In this document: one piece after another, positions 9,821 through 21,091 of the stretch
Layout of the letters: each line of letters begins with the position of its first letter
Numbering within the stretch: the stretch's first letter is position 1
DNA from: Pecten maximus
Lineage: Eukaryota
Assembly (NCBI RefSeq): GCF_902652985.1
Contig: NC_047027.1
Location: 6,758,001 to 6,822,000 of the forward strand
DNA: 64,000 nt
Direction: 5' to 3'
Program-made: the position numbers and the translations under genes
The notes under the pieces: model-generated
The model's input: the letters and a program-made list of their open reading frames with translations, nothing else
Databases searched by the model: none
Told to the model about the DNA's origin: nothing

Positions 9821-12629
9821 TATCATAGAGAACTTTCCGATATTTTGTCTTTGTTCCTTTATTCTATTCAATCTGTGTTTACCTGTACCTATATCTGTTT
9901 CAATGCATTGTATGGAACATAATTAATCTTGTCCCCAAGCTTATGTTTAATTCTTTCAACAATTAGGAATGACACTCGAACTCTCCACTTATCAATGTTT
10001 TATTACCTTAATACCTTCCCGAGGCGATTACATCATCTATTGTTATGTCAGGAAAAGTTCACTTGCATGTCCAGTTTTATTTACCTGTGATAACGCCTCT
10101 TCGTGTCAGTCATCTTAATTATATACTCGTATACGTGTCAATTTAGACAATGGTCAATTCTATTTTATATGTTTAAACCGGAGACCCGGGCGGCAGTTGG
10201 ATTCCCAACCAGCAAATGGACAACACGTACACTACGGATTACCAAGTGTGATCAGAACTTCATCATTGGACTTGCTTAATTTACAAAGCTGGATCGCCAG
10301 CTATATACATTGTATTTATTGGAATACCAATACATGTGGACTTGATTATCCTGTTATAATTTGCGAAACGGTTTGATATTGTGATTTGAAACTATTTGAA
10401 ACAAATAATATAAGAAATCATGACAAACTGATTCAAACTCTTTGTTTTGTGTCCTGCCATGCGTCCAATCATACAACAGTCCGAATCTAAACAGATACAG
10501 CAAAAAGCAGTATGAAAATTGGTGTGAGAATCCGGAGTAACTTGCCACATTGATTTGTGTAAGACGAGTTACGTACAAGATCCTTGGAACCTCAAATACT
10601 ACAAGATACTTGGAAACCCAAGATCTTCGCCACATTCAACACTTGAAGATGTTAACCATGAAAACCACAAGCCAGCACTACCCTAGAGTATTCCCCAAGA
10701 CTAAACCTGTCGTACCGGCCAATCGAGGATGGACACGTGAACTACAGCATCTACCCGACGACGCTTGCCAATCAACGGTTACAAAGCACCAGGGACCCAG
10801 GATGTCACCCATCAGGCCACAATTTTCTGGATCATCGCCCAGAACTCAATGTTTTAAATGTGGTAAGTGGGTATTCCATTGTTTTCAAGAGCACGTTGAA
10901 TTAACTTGTAAGGCAAAATCAGTCAAATGCTTCAAGTGTGGCAAATTCGGACATTTCTCAAGGGTATGTTTTTCAAAGCGCCCTTCATTAGAACCAAACA
11001 ATCAAAATTTTAAATCTCAAAAGTCAAAAAGTACGTTTCATCAAAGCAGGGACGCAAAACGTATGTCAGAGTTTATCTCCCGAAAATCAACCGCTTGCTC
11101 ATTTCCATTTTCGGAACTTTCGGATACGGAATTCGTTAAAATAAACAAAAGAAGTCCATTTCAAGAACAAACAATTAAATGTCATCAAGAAACAAAACCA
11201 AGAAAGTTGGAAATCACAGAGCTTAACCTCATCATTGTAAATCTTCGATCTGAAAATGAAGACTTGAGGCTAGATATTAGCAAAATTCAAAATCACAACG
11301 AAGATCTCAAAGAAAGTTTTTCAAAATGTTTTCAACTATATCAAGCTGAAAATGATAGACTGAAACAGTTAAATGAATATCTTGAGAAAAGGGAAAAAGA
11401 AAACCATGATGAAATATTATGTCTCAAAAAGGAAGTTTCAATCAGCAAAGAAACTATTTTCAATCTGGAAAGTAAGATTCAAAATTTTGAGGCAAATTCA
11501 TGTAGTTCGGTTGTTAATTTTCACAATAATCCGCAAAACAACCGAAAGTTTGTGTCTCAGAACCAACAATTCCGTCCAAATCAAAGACGTCGAAACTTCA
11601 AACCCCATTTCGGCTATCAATAAACTCTTTGTCCTACAGTACCTAATTCAAAAATGTCTTTAAATTTAACTCAGACATATTGCGTTCCTACACTCTCAGA
11701 GGTAATTTAAATTAAGTCTCTTGAAAACAAAAAATATCCACTGTTACACACAAAATGTGTGTGCTGTTTCAATGGACAATATACAAAAAAAGAATGTATA
11801 TATATATTTTGTTCATATCACGGACTTTTTCAGCGGAAGTTAAACGGACATTTAAACGGACATTATTTATGTTTGGAAATGTGTCATTTCATTTAGACTC
11901 TGGGACAGAGTCTTCCGGGGCGAGAGGGAAGTTATCATAGAGAACTTTCCGATATTTTGTCTTTGTTCCTTTATTCTATTCAATCTGTGTTTACCTGTAC
12001 CTATATCTGTTTCAATGCATTGTATGGAACATAATTAATCTTGTCCCCAAGCTTATGTTTAATTCTTTCAACAATTAGGAATGACACTCGAACTCTCCAC
12101 TTATCAATGTTTTATTACCTTAATACCTTCCCGAGGCGATTACATCATCTATTGTTATGTCAGGAAAAGTTCACTTGCATGTCCAGTTTTATTTACCTGT
12201 GATAACGCCTCTTCGTGTCAGTCATCTTAATTATATACTCGTATACGTGTCAATTTAGACAATGGTCAATTCTATTTTATATGTTTAAACCGGAGACCCG
12301 GGCGGCAGTTGGATTCCCAACCAGCAAATGGACAACACGTACACTACGGATTACCAAGTGTGATCAGAACTTCATCATTGGACTTGCTTAATTTACAAAG
12401 CTGGATCGCCAGCTATATACATTGTATTTATTGGAATACCAATACATGTGGACTTGATTATCCTGTTATAATTTGCGAAACGGTTTGATATTGTGATTTG
12501 AAACTATTTGAAACAAATAATATAAGAAATCATGACAAACTGATTCAAACTCTTTGTTTTGTGTCCTGCCATGCGTCCAATCATACAACAGTCCGAATCT
12601 AAACAGATACAGCAAAAAGCAGTATGAAA
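9821..12629 (+). mobile_element. Non-autonomous gag-only LTR retrotransposon (two 697-bp LTRs, PBS, zinc-knuckle ORF, PPT)
   Basis: Direct repeats 9821-10517 and 11933-12629 look identical; PBS TGGTGTGAGAA at 10520; PPT ggggcgagagggaag before the second LTR; TSD tatc (9817-9820 / 12630-12633). Confidence 0.9.
10550..11623 (+). CDS. Gag-like CCHC zinc-knuckle and coiled-coil protein
   Basis: CFKCGKWVFHC and CFKCGKFGHFSRVC (CX2CX4HX4C), followed by a long heptad coiled coil. No protease, RT or integrase motifs. The true start is probably an internal ATG. Confidence 0.7.
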   Translation: MICVRRVTYKILGTSNTTRYLETQDLRHIQHLKMLTMKTTSQHYPRVFPKTKPVVPANRGWTRELQHLPDDACQSTVTKHQGPRMSPIRPQFSGSSPRTQCFKCGKWVFHCFQEHVELTCKAKSVKCFKCGKFGHFSRVCFSKRPSLEPNNQNFKSQKSKSTFHQSRDAKRMSEFISRKSTACSFPFSELSDTEFVKINKRSPFQEQTIKCHQETKPRKLEITELNLIIVNLRSENEDLRLDISKIQNHNEDLKESFSKCFQLYQAENDRLKQLNEYLEKREKENHDEILCLKKEVSISKETIFNLESKIQNFEANSCSSVVNFHNNPQNNRKFVSQNQQFRPNQRRRNFKPHFGYQ

Positions 12630-13189
12630 TATCCATGAAAAGGGTCAGCAATGGTATACATATTATTACATATTATATGAAAAGAGATGAAAAAATAGGT
12701 TAAATGACATAATAAGGTAAAATAACCTATGTTTAATAGTACGAAACTAACAAAAAATAAGAATGTATTGAATAAACTGGTATCTTAATTGTAATTATGA
12801 TTTTCGTCATCTTTGTACATTGCACAATACAGCAAGACATACAATGCAGTGGATCATCGCTTGGGTTATAGAAGTATGACGTATCGTCTTTTGACAAGGC
12901 ATGGAATGGTAGTTGCAAGCTAAGATTATGTTCGCAAAAAAACCCACAAACAAACAAATCAAAACCAACCACATTATTCGTTAACACAATGACATGAAAA
13001 GTAAAACAAGTATCATATTTGCATTAAAAACAGAATGAACAAATCAAACTTTGGAGATCATTTACGGCATTTCCATTCTGAACATGAACAAAGATATGCT
13101 CTCGAAATGATGTTCGCTTTTGTTCATTTACCTTCGTTTCCTGCACTTACTCACATTTTTAAGTTTTCTCCGGTATACGTGCATATGAC

Positions 13190-14385
13190 ACATTACCCAG
13201 TATACAATGTACATGTGGGTGGCACGTGTACCCGGTTTACCTAAAAGTGACACGTCTAGTATACATGTGTGTGATATGTACACCAGGTATACATGTAGGT
13301 GACATGTGTACCCGGTATACATGTATGTATGTGACATGTGTACCCGGTATACATATATGTAGGTGACATGTGTACCCGGTATACGTGTATGTAGGTGACA
13401 TGTGTACCCGGTATACGTGTAGGTGACATGTGTACCCAGTATACGTGTAGGTGACATGTGTACCCGGTATACATGTATGTATGTGACATGTGTACCCGTT
13501 ATACATATATGTAGGTGACATGTGTACCCGCACTACCCGGTATACGTGTAGGTGACATGTGTACCCAGTATACGTGTAGGTGACATGTGTACCCGGTATA
13601 CGTGTATGTATGTGACATGTGTACCCGTTATACATATATGTAGGTGACATGTGTACCCGGTATACGTGTATGTATGTGACATGTGTACCCGGTATACGTG
13701 TATGTAGGTGACATGTGTACCCGGTATACGTGTATGTAGGTGACATGTGTACCCGGTATACGTGTATATACATGTATGTGACATGTGTACCCGGTATACG
13801 TGTATGTGACATGTGTACCCGGTATACGTATATGTGACATGTGTACCCGGTATACGTGTATGTGACATGTGTACCCGGTATACGTGTATGTGACATGTGT
13901 ACCCGGTATACGTATATGTGACATGTGTACCCGGTATACGTGTATGTGACATGTGTACCCGGTATACGTGTATGTGACATGTGTACCCGGTATACGTGTA
14001 TGTGACATGTGTACCCAGTATACGTGTATGTATGTGACATGTGTACCCGGTGTACGTGTATGTAGGTGACATGTGTACCCGGTATACATATACACTTTAT
14101 GTAGGTGACATGTGTACCCGTTATACGTGTATGTAGGTGACATGTGTACCCGGTATACATGTATGTATGTGACATGTGTACCCGGTATACATGTAGGTGA
14201 CATGTGTACCCGGTATACGTGTATGTAGATGACATGTGTATCCGTTATACGTGTATGTAGGTGACATGTGTACCCGGTATACGTGTACATGTATGTAGGT
14301 GACATGTGTACCCGGTAAACGTGTATGTGACATGTGTATCCGATATACGTGTATGTAGGTGACATGTGTATCCGGTATAGTGTAC
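13190..14385. repeat. Quasi-palindromic minisatellite (26-32-bp units, tgacatgtgtacccggtatacgtgta(tgtagg))
   Basis: Directly visible tandem array; the overlapping YTGYTCH-type ORFs are repeat translations. Confidence 0.95.
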
Positions 14386-15554
14386 TCGTCATTTAAAAAT
14401 CTATAGTCAATACTCATACGGGATATCCTTGTTTCATTTCGATTGACGTCGTCTATAAATTGTAATAAAGTGAATAAAAATTTATTTACCAGTATCGATC
14501 CCAATATGAAGTTTTTATGTCTTTTGGTTATATTCGAAGCACGTGCACTTGAATTAAGACCAAGGTCAATGTACAGATATACATTTGGTAGTTATTATAC
14601 AATACCGCAATTGATGTTAAATATCAAGTATGTTTGTGAAATATTAAAGGAGCTGAAACATCCCTAACTTTGGCGTGAAATTTTTCATTTTTAACACTAC
14701 ACAGTGACCTTGAAATATGTGAAAAAATAAAGGCACTGAAACGGATCAAATAGATCAAAATGCCATTATCCAAGTGTTATATCGTCGCCATCTTGACCTT
14801 GAAATTCTGCATTATACCGTAGTTAAATCATGCTGAGAGAGAGATTACAAATGAAATAACATGTATAAATATATCAGATATTAGTATAATAGAGATGTTT
14901 AATTCGATGAAAAACATTATTAATATTGAACACTACTTGAATAAATGTTGCGTTGGCTTGCTTTTTTCACTTCAGGAGCAATGTGTTGACTCTTCAGCGC
15001 GAACTGGACCCGGACGGTGTTCGTAGCAGACAGATGCACCGAAGGACCGAATTACCTTATGCATGTCGATGGCTATGACAAACTGAAACGATTTGGCTTT
15101 GCCATTCACGGTGCAATATGCGGGTATTTTTTTCACATCAAAGCTTATTTTTCATTTCTATCTGAAGTACAGTATGTAAATAGGTATGGAATATGTGCGA
15201 TATTATTTTGAGGTCGAGGTCAATATACATTGTATGTAGCGGTAGATTAAGTTTCTTGATGAAAACAATATTGGATAAAAAATTTCTTTCATATCAACTT
15301 CACATATGTAAGTATTAATGAAATTATAGGCACACACTTCCAATTTCGTTTCTTTTTACGAAATAGTCGTGTCTGTTTACAACGACATTCAAGCGACATC
15401 ACACGTGTTTTGACGGTATGCACAAAGTGTTTTTAATGTCACCATGTTGTTATTTAACAATTAAATGATTGGTAGATTGTATTTATAGTCAAGGTGAATG
15501 CAATCCGGGTGACAAGGAAATATAATGTTACATTAACACACGTAAAGTTTTCCT

Positions 15555-15847
15555 GGAAAAAGATCTGTCATAGTGAAATTCACACATCGACGAAAGAAAC
15601 AGGAGATCATCAGGGCTCGGAGGATACTAAGAGGATCAGGATTCACGGTATCCGAGGACTAACAAGGACAAACCAACAGAGACTAAGTGAGGCGTTCCGA
15701 CTGGACTGTGTTCAGAATTCCTATAGCATTGACGGAAAACTGTTCGTAGTGTTAAAAAACGGAAAGAAAAGACGACTTTCTTATGACACTAAACTCACGA
15801 AGCAGTACCTTGAAAATGACGCAAATTTCAGTTACTCGAGAAAATGA
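15555..15847 (+). pseudogene. C-terminal remnant of L1-type ORF1
   Basis: RSVIVKFTHRRKKQEIIRARRILRGSGFTVSED-(frameshift)-TRTNQQRL...SIDGKLFV resembles the IIVKF...EDLT signature of L1/Tx1 ORF1 proteins. Confidence 0.7.
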
Positions 15848-16709
15848 ACTATAGTCCATAGATGATAGACTATACAGAGGTCGATCGTGACTTTGGCTTT
15901 ATGCCTTTTTTCGACCAGTGTATGAACTTGTTTGGTTATTCTAATTCATGTGATTATTTCTCGAGTGAAAGTGTTATGTTCTTGTGATGTGTTATTCTTT
16001 TTCGGGATATAAATTGTATTCTATTAGAGGTAAGTCAATTATATACATGTATATATTTATATTTATCATGTACTATTGATAAAGTAAATATGAAATAGTA
16101 ATATTGTATCTCCAGTGCCCGATTTATTTATAATGCATTTGACTTCTAAATCTTGATTTTCTCTTTTATATTATATATTCTCACTTTTAAATTATCAATG
16201 TTAATAAAGTACATGTACGTCTAGAACTTGCTATAGTAAATGTATTTACATTCCTATATGATTGATATACTTCCGGTTAAAAATAAATGCTACTCCTATG
16301 CGGTAGGCAAATGGCTGTTCAAAAAGAAGTGATTATTTTCTGGTATATACTTCATTTGTAAAGCACGCATTTATTTTTCATTCAACTAACAGTATTACGT
16401 TCTGCTTGGATCTATCCCGTATCATTTCCGGAATATGACATAAAAGTTGTTTTCTTTTACTACCTTACTTAAACTCACTTCCGGTATAGCTGTGGGTGCC
16501 ATTTATACACGTGTGAGCCGTGAATGGTGGTCGCTACCGATGTTCTTCATTCTTCGAATGACACTTTATTGTCGTCGCTCTCTTTATCTGCTAATGTTTT
16601 ATTTTACTTTTATTTCCTTTCTTCTTGTGTGCCGAGAAACTATATGTATCAGACAGGTAAGCAGTGCCAGTAATATCAATAGACACTCTGTCACCATGTT
16701 TAACCTATT

Positions 16710-19700
16710 ATGGAAGGAATCCGAATTTTAACTGCTAATTGTCAAGGGTTGGGTGATAGAAATAAACGTAAGGATGTATTTGCATATTTGAGGGATATGA
16801 ACTTTAATATTTATTGTATACAAGACACTCATTTTACTATAGATTTAGAAAGTATTATTAGAGCAGAATGGGGCTACTCCTGTTACTTCAGTTCTTTTAA
16901 CTCTAATTCAAGGGGGGTTGCAATCTTACTCAATAATAATTTTGAAGCAAAAGTTATAAAAGAAAAGAGAAGTCCAGATGGCAATTTTTTAGCGCTAGAT
17001 ATTATCACGGATGAAAAGAGATTTACCCTTGTTACTATATATGGCCCAAATTTAGATACACCTATTTTTTATGATAAGGTTGTAGATACTATATCAGAGT
17101 TCAATAATGATTCATTTATTATCTGTGGAGATTTTAATTTAGTATTGAATCCTGATTTAGACTGTAATAATTATAGGCAAGTTAACAACCCTAGAGCCAG
17201 AGAAAGAGTTATTGAAATAATAGAGGAAATGGGGCTTATTGACATATATAGAGAACACCACCCAGATAGTAAAAGATACACATGGAGGAGAAGAAGTCCA
17301 ATAAAACAAGCAAGATTAGATTATTTTTTAATTTCTGAGAACCTTTTATCTTGTATACAAAAAGCAAATATTGACCCAGGCTATAGATCTGATCATTCCA
17401 TTCCATGTATTACAGTAAAATTTAATGAATTCAAGAAAGGCAAAGGTCTATGGAAATTCAACAATTCCTTACTTCATGACTTAGATTATTTGAAATTAAT
17501 TAATAAACATATTCTAGATGTAAAAACACAATATGTTGTGCCTATTTATAATCTGAATAGTGTAGATGATATTCCAAACCAAGATATTCAGTTTACAATA
17601 AACGATCAACTCTTTTTAGAAACTATTTTATTTGAAATTAGAGGGAAAACCATTTCATATGCGTCTTATAAGAAAAAACAAAGAAATAATCAAGAGCAAG
17701 ATCTCTGGGAAAAAATTATAAAAATAGAAGCTCAGGAGAAGGTAAATTTAGAAGAATTAGAGGCCTGCCAAAAAGAATTAGAATCAATTAGAAAGTATAA
17801 ACTTAAAGGGAACATTTTGAGGTCTAAAGTAAAATGGGTTGAAGAAGGTGAAAAACCTACCAGGTATTTTTTCAATTTAGAAAATAGGAATTTTGTTACA
17901 AAAATTATACCAGTCATAGAAAAAGATGGTGGAGAAATAATCAGGAATCAAGAGGAAATTTTAAATGAAGTGCAGCAATATTATGAAAGATTGTATTCAG
18001 AAGACAATAATTTCCAATTATTGCAAAATATAAATTTGAATGAATATCTTAATGTAAATAATATACCAAAATTGAATTTTATAGAAACAAACAGTTTAGA
18101 GGGTAACATTACTTTAAGTGAAGCATCTCAAACTCTAAAAAATATGAAAAATAATAAAAGTCCAGGATCTGATGGCTTTACAGTAGAATTCTTTAAATGT
18201 TTTTGGAAACAATTAGGTCATTTTGTAGTAAAATCAATTCAATATGGATTTGATATTAAAAATTTATCTGTTACACAAAAACAGGGAATCATAACATGTT
18301 TACCAAAGGGAGATAAGCCAAGACAATACTTGAAGAATTGGAGACCCATTTCACTTCTGAATACAATTTATAAAATTGCTTCAGGTTCAATTGCAAATAG
18401 AATAAGAAAAGTGTTAGATAAACTTATCAATACTGATCAGTCTGGTTTTATTTCAGGTAGGTATGTAGGTGAAAACACTAGAGTTATATATGATATTATG
18501 CACTATTCCGAAGAGAATGATATTCCTGGAATGTTACTCACAATAGATTTTGAAAAAGCCTTTGACTCGGTTAGTTGGGATTTTATTGATAAAGTGCTTG
18601 ATTTTTTTAACTTTGGGGATGATATAAAGAACTGGGTTCATATTTTTCAAAATGGTTCAAATTCATCTGTAAATCAGGGGGGCAATTTATCTTCATTTTT
18701 TAATATCAAACGTGGATGTCGACAAGGTGATCCTATATCTCCATATTTATTCATTTTATGTGCTGAAGTCCTAGCAATTAGAATAAGAAATAATGATAAT
18801 ATTAAAGGAATAAATATAGAAGATACTCCACTACTGTTATCTCAATATGCAGATGATACATCAGTTATCCTTGATGGATCTAGAAATTCATTAAGAGAGA
18901 CATTGGATGAGTTAAAAGGATATGCAGATATATCTGGGTTAAAAATAAATAAAAGCAAGACAGAAGTAATATGGATAGGTAGCATGAAATATAGTGAAGA
19001 ACAATTTTGCCCAGAATGGAACCTACATTGGGGAAACCAAAAATTCAACATATTGGGTATTGACTTCCATGTAGATTTACATAAAATGACTAAAATGAAC
19101 TTTGACAAGAAATTGGTTAAACTTAAATCTCTTTTGAATAATTGGAATAAAAGGATACTTACTCCTATTGGTAAAATACATATAATTAAATCTCTTTTGG
19201 TATCACAATTTAACCACCTTTTTATAGCTCTACCTGATCCTGATTTAGCATTTATCAAAAGACTAAACACAGAACTCTATAGCTTTCTTTGGAATAGTAA
19301 AGTAGACAAGGTGAAAAGGGACATTATCATAAAAGACTATACAGAAGGGGGTTTGAAAATGCTTGATATACATTCTTTTATAAAGGCGCTAAAGTTATCA
19401 TGGATTAGAAGGTTATACTCTAAAGCAAGTAAATGGCAACTAATCTTAGGCAGAAGTATTGATATAGGTATGTTAGCTAATTGCGGATCAGGATACATCA
19501 GAAAATGTGAAATGAAATGCAAAAACAAATTTTGGAAAGATGTGTTCAAATCTTGGGGATGCCTTAAAGAGAAAGAAGAGACATTTTTAGTAAATAGGAA
19601 TTTTTCAATAATGAAAACACCCATCTGGTTTAATAAAAACTTAACAGTAAATAATAAAATGGTGTTTTATAAGAAATGGTATCAGAAGGGGATTTTTATA

Positions 19701-20534
19701 ATCAATGATTTATTTAAATTGCCAAATTTAAATACTTTTTATACTTTTCAGGAATTTAAAGATAAATACAATATCAATACCAACTTCCTTACATACCATG
19801 GTATAATAAACTCTATTAGGAAATACACTGCTCACAAGCATATAGAAAATGAAAATCTTACTTATCCATTAGTACCCATTCATTTAGAAATTTTTTTTAG
19901 AAATATTAAGGGCTCTAAAGACTTCTATAACATACTTTCTTTAAACAATAATATATCTACAGGAAAAAAGAAATGGAATAGAATGTTTGAATTAGATGAT
20001 GAAACTTGGAAGAATATATTTATGATCCCTTTCGAAGTTACTAAAAGTTCTAAATTACAGTGGCTCCAATATAGAATAAACCAACATATATTAACCACTA
20101 ATTCATATTTATTCAAAATCGGATTGACTGGTAGTCCAATCTGCTTCTTCTGTAAAACAGAATCAGAAACAATTGTACATCTATTATGGGAATGCAAAGA
20201 AGTACAGTCATTTTTTGATAACTTTGAATTTTTGCTAGATACGCTATTGATTCCATTTACTTTCAATAAAGAAACTTTCATTTTTGGCATGAGAAACAAG
20301 AAAAATATATATTATAAAACAGATAATCTTATATTACTCATTATGAAGCAGTACATCTATAGAACAAGATGTTTACAGCAAATTCTATCGGTACAAGCAC
20401 TGAAACTTACTATTAGAGATAATTACAATATTCAAAAATATGTTTTTATTGGTAAAGATAAGGGAAATATAGAAACATTTCATAATAGATGGAAAAAATG
20501 GGATAAACTTTTACAGACAACACCCAACTCTTGA
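16710..20534 (+). CDS. L1/Tx1 ORF2: APE endonuclease, reverse transcriptase and CCHC domain (1274 aa, intact)
   Basis: APE motifs ILTANCQGL, IQDTH, GDFN, RLDYFL, SDH; RT motifs KSPGSDG, WRPISLLN, DFEKAFD, GCRQGDP, QYADD; C-terminal CFFC...HLLWEC. Confidence 0.97.
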   Translation: MEGIRILTANCQGLGDRNKRKDVFAYLRDMNFNIYCIQDTHFTIDLESIIRAEWGYSCYFSSFNSNSRGVAILLNNNFEAKVIKEKRSPDGNFLALDIITDEKRFTLVTIYGPNLDTPIFYDKVVDTISEFNNDSFIICGDFNLVLNPDLDCNNYRQVNNPRARERVIEIIEEMGLIDIYREHHPDSKRYTWRRRSPIKQARLDYFLISENLLSCIQKANIDPGYRSDHSIPCITVKFNEFKKGKGLWKFNNSLLHDLDYLKLINKHILDVKTQYVVPIYNLNSVDDIPNQDIQFTINDQLFLETILFEIRGKTISYASYKKKQRNNQEQDLWEKIIKIEAQEKVNLEELEACQKELESIRKYKLKGNILRSKVKWVEEGEKPTRYFFNLENRNFVTKIIPVIEKDGGEIIRNQEEILNEVQQYYERLYSEDNNFQLLQNINLNEYLNVNNIPKLNFIETNSLEGNITLSEASQTLKNMKNNKSPGSDGFTVEFFKCFWKQLGHFVVKSIQYGFDIKNLSVTQKQGIITCLPKGDKPRQYLKNWRPISLLNTIYKIASGSIANRIRKVLDKLINTDQSGFISGRYVGENTRVIYDIMHYSEENDIPGMLLTIDFEKAFDSVSWDFIDKVLDFFNFGDDIKNWVHIFQNGSNSSVNQGGNLSSFFNIKRGCRQGDPISPYLFILCAEVLAIRIRNNDNIKGINIEDTPLLLSQYADDTSVILDGSRNSLRETLDELKGYADISGLKINKSKTEVIWIGSMKYSEEQFCPEWNLHWGNQKFNILGIDFHVDLHKMTKMNFDKKLVKLKSLLNNWNKRILTPIGKIHIIKSLLVSQFNHLFIALPDPDLAFIKRLNTELYSFLWNSKVDKVKRDIIIKDYTEGGLKMLDIHSFIKALKLSWIRRLYSKASKWQLILGRSIDIGMLANCGSGYIRKCEMKCKNKFWKDVFKSWGCLKEKEETFLVNRNFSIMKTPIWFNKNLTVNNKMVFYKKWYQKGIFIINDLFKLPNLNTFYTFQEFKDKYNINTNFLTYHGIINSIRKYTAHKHIENENLTYPLVPIHLEIFFRNIKGSKDFYNILSLNNNISTGKKKWNRMFELDDETWKNIFMIPFEVTKSSKLQWLQYRINQHILTTNSYLFKIGLTGSPICFFCKTESETIVHLLWECKEVQSFFDNFEFLLDTLLIPFTFNKETFIFGMRNKKNIYYKTDNLILLIMKQYIYRTRCLQQILSVQALKLTIRDNYNIQKYVFIGKDKGNIETFHNRWKKWDKLLQTTPNS

Positions 20535-20621
20535 CAATACTTAACTATTTTTTTTTTTTTGTCTTTTTATTTTGTATGTTATTAAGCACACTGCGATAAT
20601 CTGTTATTATACAAAATGGCA

Positions 20622-20663
<42 letters not shown>

Positions 20664-20914
20664 ACATATTATGTACAAAAGTGTTTGCTTTTGTGTATGT
20701 TTGTGTGTGATGAGGGTGCGTGTGTGTGTTGATGTGTATTTGAAAGTGCAAAAGTCTATATTGTTGTGACTGCGAGTGTGTGTGAGAAAGAAAAAAAAAA
20801 AATTATGTTACACATATGTCATTGATTATGAATTGCGCCTATGATGTGAATATTGCTGCTGCTGCTGAAGATGATAAAATTGTGAGTTTTATTGAGGGTG
20901 AATCATCATGATGA

Positions 20915-21091
20915 NNNNNNNNNNNNNNNNNNNNNNNNNNNNNNNNNNNNNNNNNNNNNNNNNNNNNNNNNNNNNNNNNNNNNNNNNNNNNNNNNNNNNN
21001 NNNNNNNNNNNNNNNNNNNNNNNNNNNNNNNNNNNNNNNNNNNNNNNNNNNNNNNNNNNNNNNNNNNNNNNNNNNNNNNNNNNNNNNNNNN
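20915..21091. other. Assembly gap (N run) within a (GAT)n microsatellite in the LINE 3' UTR
   Basis: Run of N flanked by gat repeats. Confidence 0.99.

Noticed and set aside
13128-14504. Long His/Tyr/Thr-rich ORFs on the minus strand
   Set aside because: Minisatellite translations, open in several frames.
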